Below, in pieces: positions 15,384 to 23,082 of a DNA stretch of 40,943 nucleotides (within the stretch, counting starts at the first letter, position 1; each line of letters begins with the position of its first letter). This stretch comes from a virus (taxonomy: Duplodnaviria; Caudoviricetes). Where the stretch lies: positions 1 through 40,943 of the IMG/VR virus record IMGVR_UViG_3300044259_000093; one strand, written 5' to 3'. The translations under genes were made by a program, and so were the position numbers. Below the pieces are notes generated by a model that worked only from the letters and a program-made list of their open reading frames with translations, made no database searches and was not told the DNA's origin.

Positions 15384-15989
15384 ATGGAAAAGAATATTGG
15401 TTACGCCCTGCTGATCACCGGTGTCCTGCTGGTCCTCTACGTGCTGGTCAGCAGCACCCGCAAGATGCGCAAGGCGCAGCGCGAACACGACCTGCTGCGC
15501 CAGAAAATCGCCGACAAACAGCGCGACGTGGAGGAAAGTATCAAGCGCGGCACCCGGATCGCGGACAAGGTAATCCCGCTGGGCGATCCGCGCCATCCGG
15601 CCAGCACCCGCCCGCCGCTGCGCCCGGTGGAAGAACGCGAAGCCGACATGCGCCGGCAGATGAAACGGGACGCGGATCTCGTGCTGCACCCCGACCTGCG
15701 CGGGCTTGAGCGAAAGATGGGCAAGCGCAAAGAATTCGCCGCGCCATACGGCCGCACACCAGCGCCAGCACCGCGCGCTGCCGAGCAGCGCCGCGACGAC
15801 AGCAACGACAGCAGCGACTACCTGACCAACCCGGCTAATCCGCTGTATCAAACGGTCTACCAGACGCACTACGATAGCAGCCCGGCGCCGTCCTGCGATT
15901 CGTCGAGCAGCTACAGCAGTTCCGATAGCGGCTCGTCGTCCTGCAGTTCGGACAGCGGCAGCAGCTCGTCCTCGTGCGGCTGCGATTGA
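15384..15989 (+). CDS. membrane-anchored protein with Ser/Asp-rich C-terminal tail
   Basis: GGAG SD; N-terminal TM segment, coiled coil, SSSYSSSDSGSSSCSSDSGSSSSSCGCD. Confidence 0.8.
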   Translation: MEKNIGYALLITGVLLVLYVLVSSTRKMRKAQREHDLLRQKIADKQRDVEESIKRGTRIADKVIPLGDPRHPASTRPPLRPVEEREADMRRQMKRDADLVLHPDLRGLERKMGKRKEFAAPYGRTPAPAPRAAEQRRDDSNDSSDYLTNPANPLYQTVYQTHYDSSPAPSCDSSSSYSSSDSGSSSCSSDSGSSSSSCGCD

Positions 15990-16014
15990 CTACCTCTCGA
16001 AAGGAAACAGCATC

Positions 16015-16227
16015 ATGAAAGCTTTCATCGATCAGCACGGCGTGCTGCGCGTCGCCGCCGACACCCCAACCGAAGCTTACGCCTTGCAAAAATGGGCCGA
16101 ACAAAACATCATCACGGTGCAATGCAAACCGCGCGGGGCTTTCGCCCCCTCGCTGGAAGAACGCACCTTCGTAGATCCGGCCCACCTTATTATCGACGGC
16201 TCTTATTCGGCCGAGGTGCAGAAATGA
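16015..16227 (+). CDS. hypothetical protein
   Basis: GAAAGGA SD; coupled to the next gene. Confidence 0.75.
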   Translation: MKAFIDQHGVLRVAADTPTEAYALQKWAEQNIITVQCKPRGAFAPSLEERTFVDPAHLIIDGSYSAEVQK

Positions 16228-16580
16228 AAAACGTCCTCTTACTCGGCGGCCCGGCTGCCGGCCAGCGCGTCGAAGTCCACGGCACCATAAACAACACGCA
16301 CGTGGCCGACACCCTGTACCACATCACCCCGATGTGCTCGCACGGCGAGGTGCATTGGTTCGGCGTGCTGGACAAGGGCGCCGACCCGCTGGCGCTGCTG
16401 ATCGCGGGGTACGGCGCTGCGCCAGCGCAGTTTGACCCGGCACTTATCGAAATCGCCGGCTACCACGACACCCGCGCCTGCGACCACCTGGCCAAGACTG
16501 GCAGTTTCGGTTATTTCGATGAACCCTGGGCCGTGCAACAAGCGCGCGAGCGGCTGCACCACTTGGGCTACGAACCATGA
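16224..16580 (+). CDS. hypothetical protein (N-terminal LLGGP..G motif)
   Basis: GAGGTG SD; ATGA overlap at both ends. Confidence 0.7.
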   Translation: MKNVLLLGGPAAGQRVEVHGTINNTHVADTLYHITPMCSHGEVHWFGVLDKGADPLALLIAGYGAAPAQFDPALIEIAGYHDTRACDHLAKTGSFGYFDEPWAVQQARERLHHLGYEP

Positions 16581-16918
16581 AAGCCCCCACCCGCGAATCG
16601 CAGATCGAGCAGCGCCTCGTCAAGCGCGTCAAGCAGGAAGGCGGCGGGGTGCGCAAGGTGAAGTGGATAGGTCGGAAGAACGCGCCGGATCGGCTGGTGA
16701 TGCTGCCTGACCGCCACAGCGGCGGTATCGGCTACGTTGATAGCTGGCGCGATAACTGCACCATCTGGGTCGAACTGAAAGCCCCCGGCCTGGCCGCCAC
16801 CTTCCCGAACAACGCGCACGAGCGCGCCCAGCACCGCGAGCACGAGCGCATGCGCAAGATGGGGCAGCGCGTCGTGGTGATCGATTCCTACGAACAAATT
16901 GAGGAACTGCTGAAATGA
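16577..16918 (+). CDS. VRR-NUC domain nuclease
   Basis: RESQIE...GG..RK....G...APDR...WVELKAPG...Q...H. Confidence 0.9.
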   Translation: MKAPTRESQIEQRLVKRVKQEGGGVRKVKWIGRKNAPDRLVMLPDRHSGGIGYVDSWRDNCTIWVELKAPGLAATFPNNAHERAQHREHERMRKMGQRVVVIDSYEQIEELLK

Positions 16919-17082
16919 AAATCTCCGAACTGATAGCGCAGCTGGAGCACGCGCTCAAGCACGGCGACACCGAAGTGGTGATCTGCCGCCAGACCGGCGC
17001 CGACAGCTGGGCGCTGGTGCCAGTCACCGATGTGGAAGTCGTCGCCCGCAAACACGAAACCCCATACACGGTGATCGAATGA
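16915..17082 (+). CDS. hypothetical protein (55 aa; not in the ORF track)
   Basis: GAGG SD; ATGA overlaps at both ends; MKISELIAQLEHALKHGDTEVVI. Confidence 0.7.
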   Translation: MKISELIAQLEHALKHGDTEVVICRQTGADSWALVPVTDVEVVARKHETPYTVIE

Positions 17083-17354
17083 AACGCTACATGCCAACCG
17101 CACACGGCATGCAGGAGAACGGCCTGGGTCTGTTCGTCCTGCATGATGACGCCCACCGCGAACTGGCCGAGCGCGACAAGATCATCGCCGCTTTGCGCGC
17201 CCGGCTGGGTCTGGCCGACGCGCTGATCAATCGCGAGCGCGGGCTGACTCCGGAGGGCTTGGTGGCGCGGCAGGTTGCCAAATTGGGCGCCGCCGCCGCG
17301 GCGCGCCGTGAAGCCGCTTTCAACAATGCTTTTACCGAGGACAAACCAAAATGA
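17079..17354 (+). CDS. hypothetical protein
   Basis: ATGA-coupled ORF in the operon. Confidence 0.7.
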   Translation: MKRYMPTAHGMQENGLGLFVLHDDAHRELAERDKIIAALRARLGLADALINRERGLTPEGLVARQVAKLGAAAAARREAAFNNAFTEDKPK

Positions 17355-17776
17355 AAACCGCTGACCTGACTGGCGCCCACCTCGACTACTGGGTGGCGCG
17401 CGCCGAAGGCATCCCGGCCGAGCAACTGGAAATCCGCGAGGTGCAACGCTCCGACACCCGCACACCTGGCCCGCTGTGCATCCGCAAGCTGCCGTACCGC
17501 GATCCGGTCATCGGACCGGACGAGGTGGCGCTGCGCTACAGCAGCCACTGGGCGTTCGGCGGGCCGTTGCTGGAGAAGATGAACGCGGACCTGGCCTACG
17601 GGCGCCCGCTGGAAAACGGCCACTGGCTCCGTGAAGGTTATTCCGCGCGCCTCTCCCGCGAGGATTGGCCGCTGTGCGGGTGGGTCCAAGGCCCCACCCC
17701 GCTGATGGCCATCTGCCGCGCCGTCGTGCGCGCCGCGTTCGGCGATGAAGTTGACGAGGTGAAGCCATGCGCGTGA
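17351..17776 (+). CDS. NinX/DUF2591-like protein
   Basis: MKTADLTGAHLDYWVARAEG...YSSHWAFGGPLLE...GPTPLMAICRAVV. Confidence 0.8.
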   Translation: MKTADLTGAHLDYWVARAEGIPAEQLEIREVQRSDTRTPGPLCIRKLPYRDPVIGPDEVALRYSSHWAFGGPLLEKMNADLAYGRPLENGHWLREGYSARLSREDWPLCGWVQGPTPLMAICRAVVRAAFGDEVDEVKPCA

Positions 17777-17973
17777 TTATAAACCCCGGCACCTACAGCG
17801 AGGAAAATACTCAACTGACGCTAGTGATGCGCGGCGTATTTCGCAAGCACATGGACGGGCCGGCAGCTATGGCCCGATTGGTCGAGGTACTGGTCGAGAA
17901 GGGCGTGCTGACTCTGGACGATTGCAGGGCGCTCGGTGCGCCGCGCATGGAAGAGGTGAAACCAAATGCGTAA
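17767..17973 (+). CDS. hypothetical protein
   Basis: GAGGTG SD; overlaps its neighbours. Confidence 0.65.
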   Translation: MRVIINPGTYSEENTQLTLVMRGVFRKHMDGPAAMARLVEVLVEKGVLTLDDCRALGAPRMEEVKPNA

Positions 17974-18202
17974 AGCCGACGAGATCACGTTCTACGCGGC
18001 GCTGCACGACCTGCACGGCGGCCCGTACAACGCCAACAAGTACCGCGTCTTCGCCGACGAGGTGGCGGTGTTCTTAGGGCTGCACCCGAACCGCGCGCAT
18101 AGCTTGCTGCTCAAATGGACGCATCGCGGATACTGGGAATACGGCGTATCGCCGCGCGGCGGCTGGTTCACGCCAGAAGCGCCGGAAAGGCTGGAACCGT
18201 GA
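17966..18202 (+). CDS. hypothetical protein, possible winged helix
   Basis: GAGGTG SD; LLKW..RGYWEYGVS.RGGWFT. Confidence 0.7.
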   Translation: MRKADEITFYAALHDLHGGPYNANKYRVFADEVAVFLGLHPNRAHSLLLKWTHRGYWEYGVSPRGGWFTPEAPERLEP

Positions 18203-19581
18203 GCGCCCGCGACTTCACCCCGCGCCCGTACCAGCACCTGATCACCGACCACATACTGGCGACGCCGCGCTGCGCGGTGTGGGCCGGCATGGGAACTGGT
18301 AAGTCGGGCGCCACGCTGTCGGCTCTCGACGTTCTGCTGCTGCTCGAAGGCGGCCCCGTGCTGATCGTGGCGCCGCTGCGCGTGGCCCGCACCACCTGGC
18401 CGGACGAGGTGCGCAAGTGGCGCAACTTCCACCACATGCGCGTGTCCGTCGTCACCGGGCCGCTGGCCGAGCGCGAGCGGGCGCTGCGCGTCAAGGCCGA
18501 CATCTATACGACGAACTTCGAGAGCCTGCCCTGGCTGGTCGAGCACTATGGCGAGAACTGGCCGTTCTTGATCGTGGTGGTGGACGAGAGCACCAAGCTG
18601 AAAGGCTTCCGCCTGCGGCAAGGCACCCAGCGCGCCAAGGCGCTGGGCCGGGTGGCCCACACCAAGATCCGGCGGCTGATTGAGCTGACCGGCACGCCGT
18701 CGCCGAATGGGCTGAATGACCTGTGGGGCCAGGTGTGGTTCCTTGATCGTGGCCACCGCCTCGGCAAGACTTACGACGCGTTCCGCCAGCGCTGGTTCGA
18801 GAAGTCGTTCGACGGTTACAGCATCAGCCCGAAGGATCACGCCCAAGACCAGATCCAGCGCGCGCTGCGCGACCTGTGTATCACCATCGACGGCAAGGAC
18901 TGGTTCGACCTGCGCGAGCCGGTGGTGACAAACCTGTACGTGGACCTACCGGCCAAGGCGCGCGCGCTTTACGAGGATATGGAAAAGCGCATGTTTATGG
19001 AGATCGAAGAGCACCAGGTCGAAGCGTTCGGCGCGGCGGCGCGCACCGTCAAGTGTCTCCAGCTGGCGAACGGCGCGGCCTACGTGGGCGAAGACACCCG
19101 CGAGTGGCGCGAGATCCACGACGCCAAACTGCAGGTGCTGGAAGAGATTGTAGAGGAAGCGGCCGGCATGCCGGTGCTGGTGGCCTACAATTTCAAGTCG
19201 GACCTGGAGCGGCTGCGCAAGGCGTTTCCAGATGGCGTATGGCTATCAGAGGACGCCGGGCTGCGCGCCGCCCAGGCCGGGAAGGGCCGCATCTGGTTCG
19301 GCCACCCGGCCAGCATGGGCCACGGCGTGGACGGCTTGCAGTACCATTCCAACATACTGGCGTTTTTCGGCCACAACTGGAACCTGGAAGAACGGCTGCA
19401 GATGATCGAGCGGATTGGCCCTACCCGCCAGATGCAGGCTGGGCAGGACCGGCCGATGTTTATCTACAACATCATCGCCCGCGACACGGTGGACGAAATG
19501 GTGATCGAGCGGGTGAACAGCAAGCGCGCGGTGCAGGACATTCTGCTGGAGGCGATGAAGACGAAGGGCTACAGCACGTAA
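18199..19581 (+). CDS. SNF2-family helicase
   Basis: GTG start; RPYQ, MGTGKS, VVDES, LTGTP, GHGVDGLQ, ERIGPTRQ. Confidence 0.92.
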   Translation: MSARDFTPRPYQHLITDHILATPRCAVWAGMGTGKSGATLSALDVLLLLEGGPVLIVAPLRVARTTWPDEVRKWRNFHHMRVSVVTGPLAERERALRVKADIYTTNFESLPWLVEHYGENWPFLIVVVDESTKLKGFRLRQGTQRAKALGRVAHTKIRRLIELTGTPSPNGLNDLWGQVWFLDRGHRLGKTYDAFRQRWFEKSFDGYSISPKDHAQDQIQRALRDLCITIDGKDWFDLREPVVTNLYVDLPAKARALYEDMEKRMFMEIEEHQVEAFGAAARTVKCLQLANGAAYVGEDTREWREIHDAKLQVLEEIVEEAAGMPVLVAYNFKSDLERLRKAFPDGVWLSEDAGLRAAQAGKGRIWFGHPASMGHGVDGLQYHSNILAFFGHNWNLEERLQMIERIGPTRQMQAGQDRPMFIYNIIARDTVDEMVIERVNSKRAVQDILLEAMKTKGYST

Positions 19582-19588
19582 AAATTTG

Positions 19589-19617
19589 TTTGCACAATTT
19601 TTTACTTGTGCTATAGT
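19589..19617 (+). promoter_or_regulatory. sigma70 extended -10 promoter with operator
   Basis: TTTGCA-17 nt-TATAGT with TGn; CACAATTTTTTACTTGT at 19593-19609. Confidence 0.7.
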
Positions 19618-19668
19618 TAGTACATGGACGCAGCGCACAGGGCGCGGCGAGTTGATAAGGGGATGGAA

Positions 19669-19905
19669 ATGAAAAAGGTAAAGATCAAGGTTGTGGTTAA
19701 GGCCGAGCGCAGTAGCACAACCGCTGATTTTGAGAGCGGAATTATAACTGCTCCGAAGCCCGCAACGCCGTTGCAAACGTTGATCGAGGCTGCATGCTAT
19801 TTGGCTCGCATGGCGGAAGCGTACAAGGGCGCAGGTGATGTTCTCAAACTGGCTGTCGGTGATGCCGTTGAATCTGTAAAAGAACACAAAGCCGCTTCCG
19901 CCTAA
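19669..19905 (+). CDS. hypothetical protein
   Basis: AAGGGG SD; lower GC; start could alternatively be 19663. Confidence 0.65.
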   Translation: MKKVKIKVVVKAERSSTTADFESGIITAPKPATPLQTLIEAACYLARMAEAYKGAGDVLKLAVGDAVESVKEHKAASA

Positions 19906-19952
19906 TCCCCCCACCCGCGCCCTACGGGGCGCATAACCTGAAAGGAAGTACC

Positions 19953-20315
19953 ATGCAAAAGGCAATCATATTGGTGCTGGTGTCGGCGACCATCGCCGGC
20001 TGCGCCAGCACCACCCCGCGCCAGATCATCGACACCAATGGGGTCGACCCGCTCAAATTTGAGCGGGACAAAGCCCAGTGTGAGACGTATGCGGCCCAGG
20101 TGGATATCAGCGGCACGGCGGTGGACAGCGCCGCGGGCGGCGCGCTGCTGGGGGCTATCATCGGCGGCCTGCTGGGCGGCAAGGACGGCGCTAAATTCGG
20201 CGCCGGGTATTTCGCAGTCAATGGTGCGGTTGATGGCGCCGCCAGCGCGCTGGCCGCCCGCCGCCAGGTTGCGCAGCGCTGCATGACTGCGCGCGGCTAC
20301 AACGTGCTGCTGTAG
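19953..20315 (+). CDS. glycine-zipper lipoprotein
   Basis: Lipobox IAG-C; [17 protein letters not shown] glycine zipper; C..YA and CM..RGY. Confidence 0.85.
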   Translation: MQKAIILVLVSATIAGCASTTPRQIIDTNGVDPLKFERDKAQCETYAAQVDISGTAVDSAAGGALLGAIIGGLLGGKDGAKFGAGYFAVNGAVDGAASALAARRQVAQRCMTARGYNVLL

Positions 20316-20324
20316 GAGGTCGCC

Positions 20325-20417
20325 ATGCTCTACTTTATCGGGATCTGCTTTGTCGTCGGCCTCGTCATGCTGGCCCACGCCTTTATCACCGCACCGCTTA
20401 CCGAGGACGAGGAATGA
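20325..20417 (+). CDS. small membrane protein (30 aa)
   Basis: AGGAGG SD; MLYFIGICFVVGLVMLAHAFITAPLTEDEE. Confidence 0.65.
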   Translation: MLYFIGICFVVGLVMLAHAFITAPLTEDEE

Positions 20418-20521
20418 ACCGCTGGGCCACATTCGTGCTGCTGGCGTTCGTTTGCGCCTGTACCCTGGCGGTCTGTACGACACCCGCCATTAATCCGGCC
20501 GCCAGCGGGGTGGTATGGTGA
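20414..20521 (+). CDS. small hydrophobic protein (35 aa)
   Basis: ATGA coupling; MNRWATFVLLAFVCACTLAVCTTPAINPAASGVVW. Confidence 0.5.
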   Translation: MNRWATFVLLAFVCACTLAVCTTPAINPAASGVVW

Positions 20522-20637
20522 AGGACTGGCGACGCGTCAAACGGGCCGCCAAGCGCGCCGAACGTGAATACGCGGTACAGGGCTACCTGATCGCTTTTAT
20601 CGCGCTGGCGGCCCTGCTCGCCAGCCTGTGGGCCTGA
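20515..20637 (+). CDS. small membrane protein (40 aa)
   Basis: Overlaps the previous stop; basic N-terminus plus C-terminal TM segment YLIAFIALAALLASLWA. Confidence 0.55.
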   Translation: MVKDWRRVKRAAKRAEREYAVQGYLIAFIALAALLASLWA

Positions 20638-20638
20638 T

Positions 20639-20893
20639 TTACTTGGGCCATGCCTCGACGGTGCGCCGGTGGCGCACGGCGCAGTCGACGTATTTTGGAA
20701 TCAGCACCTCCTGCACCCACCCCTGCAGCACGTCGTAATCGTCCGCCGTAGGCGTCTCGCCGATTGGCGCGCAGTCATTTGCCAGGTACTTGTCCAGCGA
20801 TGGCTTTGTCGGCGGCGGCGGCTGTTTCGGCGAGGTTGCGCAGCCGGACAGCACCAGGGCGGCAATCAACAGGAAGGGGTGGGGGCGGCGCAT
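20639..20893 (-). CDS. Rz1: o-spanin lipoprotein
   Basis: Lipobox LSG-C; Pro-rich; AAAGGA SD; overlaps the 3' end of the i-spanin gene. Confidence 0.85.
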   Translation of the reverse strand: MRRPHPFLLIAALVLSGCATSPKQPPPPTKPSLDKYLANDCAPIGETPTADDYDVLQGWVQEVLIPKYVDCAVRHRRTVEAWPK

Positions 20894-21158
20894 TTTTCTG
20901 TCCTTTCCGAATGGCGGCGAGCTGGGCGTTGACGCCGGCCAGGTCTGTCTGCGCACCGAGGGCCGCATTGGCGATCACCTCGGCGGCGGTCTTGTAGTCG
21001 GCCAGCGCTTGCGCCGCATCGGCCGCTTCGCTTTTGGCGGCGGCCAATTCCATGCGGTCGATCTTGCCGGCCATGATGGTGTGGTCTAGCGCGGCGCCGC
21101 CGGCCGCGCCAATGAGCAGCGCGCCGGCAACGAACGGCCAGGTGGGGATCAGGCTCAT
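20775..21158 (-). CDS. Rz: i-spanin
   Basis: N-terminal TM segment, Ala-rich coiled coil, LPVDC; position after the endolysin. Confidence 0.8.
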   Translation of the reverse strand: MSLIPTWPFVAGALLIGAAGGAALDHTIMAGKIDRMELAAAKSEAADAAQALADYKTAAEVIANAALGAQTDLAGVNAQLAAIRKGQKNAPPPPLPVDCRPGAVRLRNLAETAAAADKAIAGQVPGK

Positions 21159-21505
21159 GGTTTTGTCACCTCAGTTTGCTGCACGATTGTCGTGCTGGTG
21201 GAGCTGGCCGGCACGTCCTTGTTGAATACCACCTTGGCCACCAGCGGCGCCACCCACAACGCGCCGTAAGCGGTGAAGTAGCCCTCGGTCAGCTTGTCGC
21301 GCACCGTCAGCCACACGATCACCCAGGTGGTGACGCCAAGCACCAGCATGTAGGAAACGGCGATTTTCGATACCTTGCCGTTCTCGGTGATCAGGTCAAA
21401 CAGGTTGAACTGCAGGAGGGCGCTGCGGTGCGCGCGCCACAGACTGATCAGGACCAGTGCGCCGGCCAGCGCCAGCAGTCCCAGCATGACGTGGCGCGGT
21501 GTCAT
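21155..21505 (-). CDS. multi-TM membrane protein, putative holin
   Basis: About three hydrophobic segments; lies between endolysin and spanins; ATGA coupling. Confidence 0.65.
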   Translation of the reverse strand: MTPRHVMLGLLALAGALVLISLWRAHRSALLQFNLFDLITENGKVSKIAVSYMLVLGVTTWVIVWLTVRDKLTEGYFTAYGALWVAPLVAKVVFNKDVPASSTSTTIVQQTEVTKP

Positions 21506-21972
21506 GGCGGCACCCGGTCGTGTTCCATCATGTAGGCCAGCCGATCGGCGCGCCGGCCCACCTGCGTCGCCCATTTCGAGGCCAGCATGCCGCGCGCGGC
21601 GGCGGGCCAATCCCCGCGCTGCACGGCGGCCAGCGTATTTTTGAACATCAGCAGGCCGGCCACGCCCAGGTTGAAGGCCATATTCAGGATTGCGCGCTGG
21701 CGCACCTCAGACAGGCGGCGCCACCACGGCAGCCGGGCATCCAGCTCTTCCATTTTGGCCGCTATGTCCAGCTCCAGCAGCTGACGGGATTGGTCCGGGG
21801 TGATCACGCCGCCGTTGCGCAGGTCGGTGCCGAACGGCGCGGGGCCGGCGCCGCGTTTGGGATCGATCAGGTGCCCTACGCCGATAGTCCAGTAGTCCTC
21901 GGTATCGAGGTAGCTGGTCAGCTTCTCGCCTTCGTCGCGGCGCAGTTCCTGCGCCATCAGCAGCATGTCCAT
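21502..21972 (-). CDS. endolysin (GH24/T4-type lysozyme)
   Basis: RDEG......YLDT..YWTIGVGH (E-D-T triad); NMAFNLG; SKWATQVGRRA. Confidence 0.93.
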   Translation of the reverse strand: MDMLLMAQELRRDEGEKLTSYLDTEDYWTIGVGHLIDPKRGAGPAPFGTDLRNGGVITPDQSRQLLELDIAAKMEELDARLPWWRRLSEVRQRAILNMAFNLGVAGLLMFKNTLAAVQRGDWPAAARGMLASKWATQVGRRADRLAYMMEHDRVPP

Positions 21973-21975
21973 GGC

Positions 21976-22263
21976 TTAGTTCCCCGATGCCAGTTTTTCT
22001 TTCTCGCGCGCCAGCTCCAGTTCCAGCAGCTCGCGCTCGGCGTCCATCTTGCGCTCGTTGGCGCGGTGGTAGCGGGCCAGCGCCAGCGTGCAGATCACCG
22101 CCGCGCCGATGGCCAGCAAGGACAGTCCGGTGTGGATCAGGTCGAGCAGCCCAGCGGCACCCACAGCGGCCGAGGTGCCGGCAGCCACCCCCGTAATGCT
22201 CGTCTTATGCTCGGTCAGAATTTCGGCGGCGAAGGTCAGTAAGCTGTCCACGGAGTCGGTCAT
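21976..22263 (-). CDS. putative holin or antiholin
   Basis: Hydrophobic segments followed by a charged C-terminus; directly upstream of the endolysin. Confidence 0.6.
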   Translation of the reverse strand: MTDSVDSLLTFAAEILTEHKTSITGVAAGTSAAVGAAGLLDLIHTGLSLLAIGAAVICTLALARYHRANERKMDAERELLELELAREKEKLASGN

Positions 22264-22694
22264 TTTTTCGTTTCCATATGAAGGCCCTTGCTCGGTATAT
22301 CAGCGACACGAAAAATAAACCTACACCTAGAAGTGTCAAGAACGTCGCCATTGCCAGGCCAAAGTAGTCGTAGAAATTGCACATAGGATATCACCGTTAT
22401 GGCAGAGTTTGCTGCAAAAACTAACGGCGAAGATTTGGCCGCATAAGCGAGAATGCTTAGGGCGTTGACCACGATTGCAAGGAATGCTAGGCGTTGGAGG
22501 TCGAACGAGGTTTTACCGCGCGTGAAACGGTATGCTGCTAGTATAGCGCAAGCGTTGCAGATAGCGGACAAACAGTGCGTTAAAGCAACGCTTTGCAGGT
22601 TATTTTCGGGCGGCAGGTACCGCGCCCGCAGATAGGCAAGGCCGAAAGTAATGGCCGCGCACACGGCGCGGCCGGCCCAGTCGCCTAGGCTCAT
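22260..22694 (-). CDS. four-TM membrane protein, lower GC
   Basis: ATG 22694 in ATGA overlap; four hydrophobic stretches. Confidence 0.7.
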   Translation of the reverse strand: MSLGDWAGRAVCAAITFGLAYLRARYLPPENNLQSVALTHCLSAICNACAILAAYRFTRGKTSFDLQRLAFLAIVVNALSILAYAAKSSPLVFAANSAITVISYVQFLRLLWPGNGDVLDTSRCRFIFRVADIPSKGLHMETKK

Positions 22695-22831
22695 TTTTTC
22701 TTGGGCTTGTCCGCCGGCGTGGCCACCTTCGGCGGCTTTTTGCCGTTGGTCTTGCCCAGCGCGGCGGCCGATACCGAGCGCTTGGTTTGGCCCGGTTTGT
22801 TCGGGTCCGGGGTGTCGTTGCCAGATGCCAT
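22691..22831 (-). CDS. small Lys/Pro-rich peptide (46 aa; not in the ORF track)
   Basis: GGAG SD; MASGNDTPDPNKPGQ...ADKPKKK; stop overlaps the next ATG. Confidence 0.6.
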   Translation of the reverse strand: MASGNDTPDPNKPGQTKRSVSAAALGKTNGKKPPKVATPADKPKKK

Positions 22832-22872
22832 GATGTTCTCCGGTTAAGTTCAGGGTTTGCCGGCCGATTCTA

Positions 22873-23073
22873 TCACGGTTCGGTAGGCTCGGGCGGCACT
22901 TCCGGCGGCTTGTGCCGCCAGGTGTAGCCCGGATAGACGTAGGTGCAATACCAGTCCGCGAAACACTCGCTTGACACCATGATGTTGAAAAACTGCCCAT
23001 GATCGTCAAACACCTCGATATCAGAGAACGCCGGTTCTTCCCCGGTGCAGAAATACCCTTCTGGTCCGTCCAT
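22873..23073 (-). CDS. small acidic protein after the tail fibre (possible fibre assembly factor)
   Basis: GAGGT SD; position. Confidence 0.6.
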   Translation of the reverse strand: MDGPEGYFCTGEEPAFSDIEVFDDHGQFFNIMVSSECFADWYCTYVYPGYTWRHKPPEVPPEPTEP

Positions 23074-23082
23074 TTTATTACC

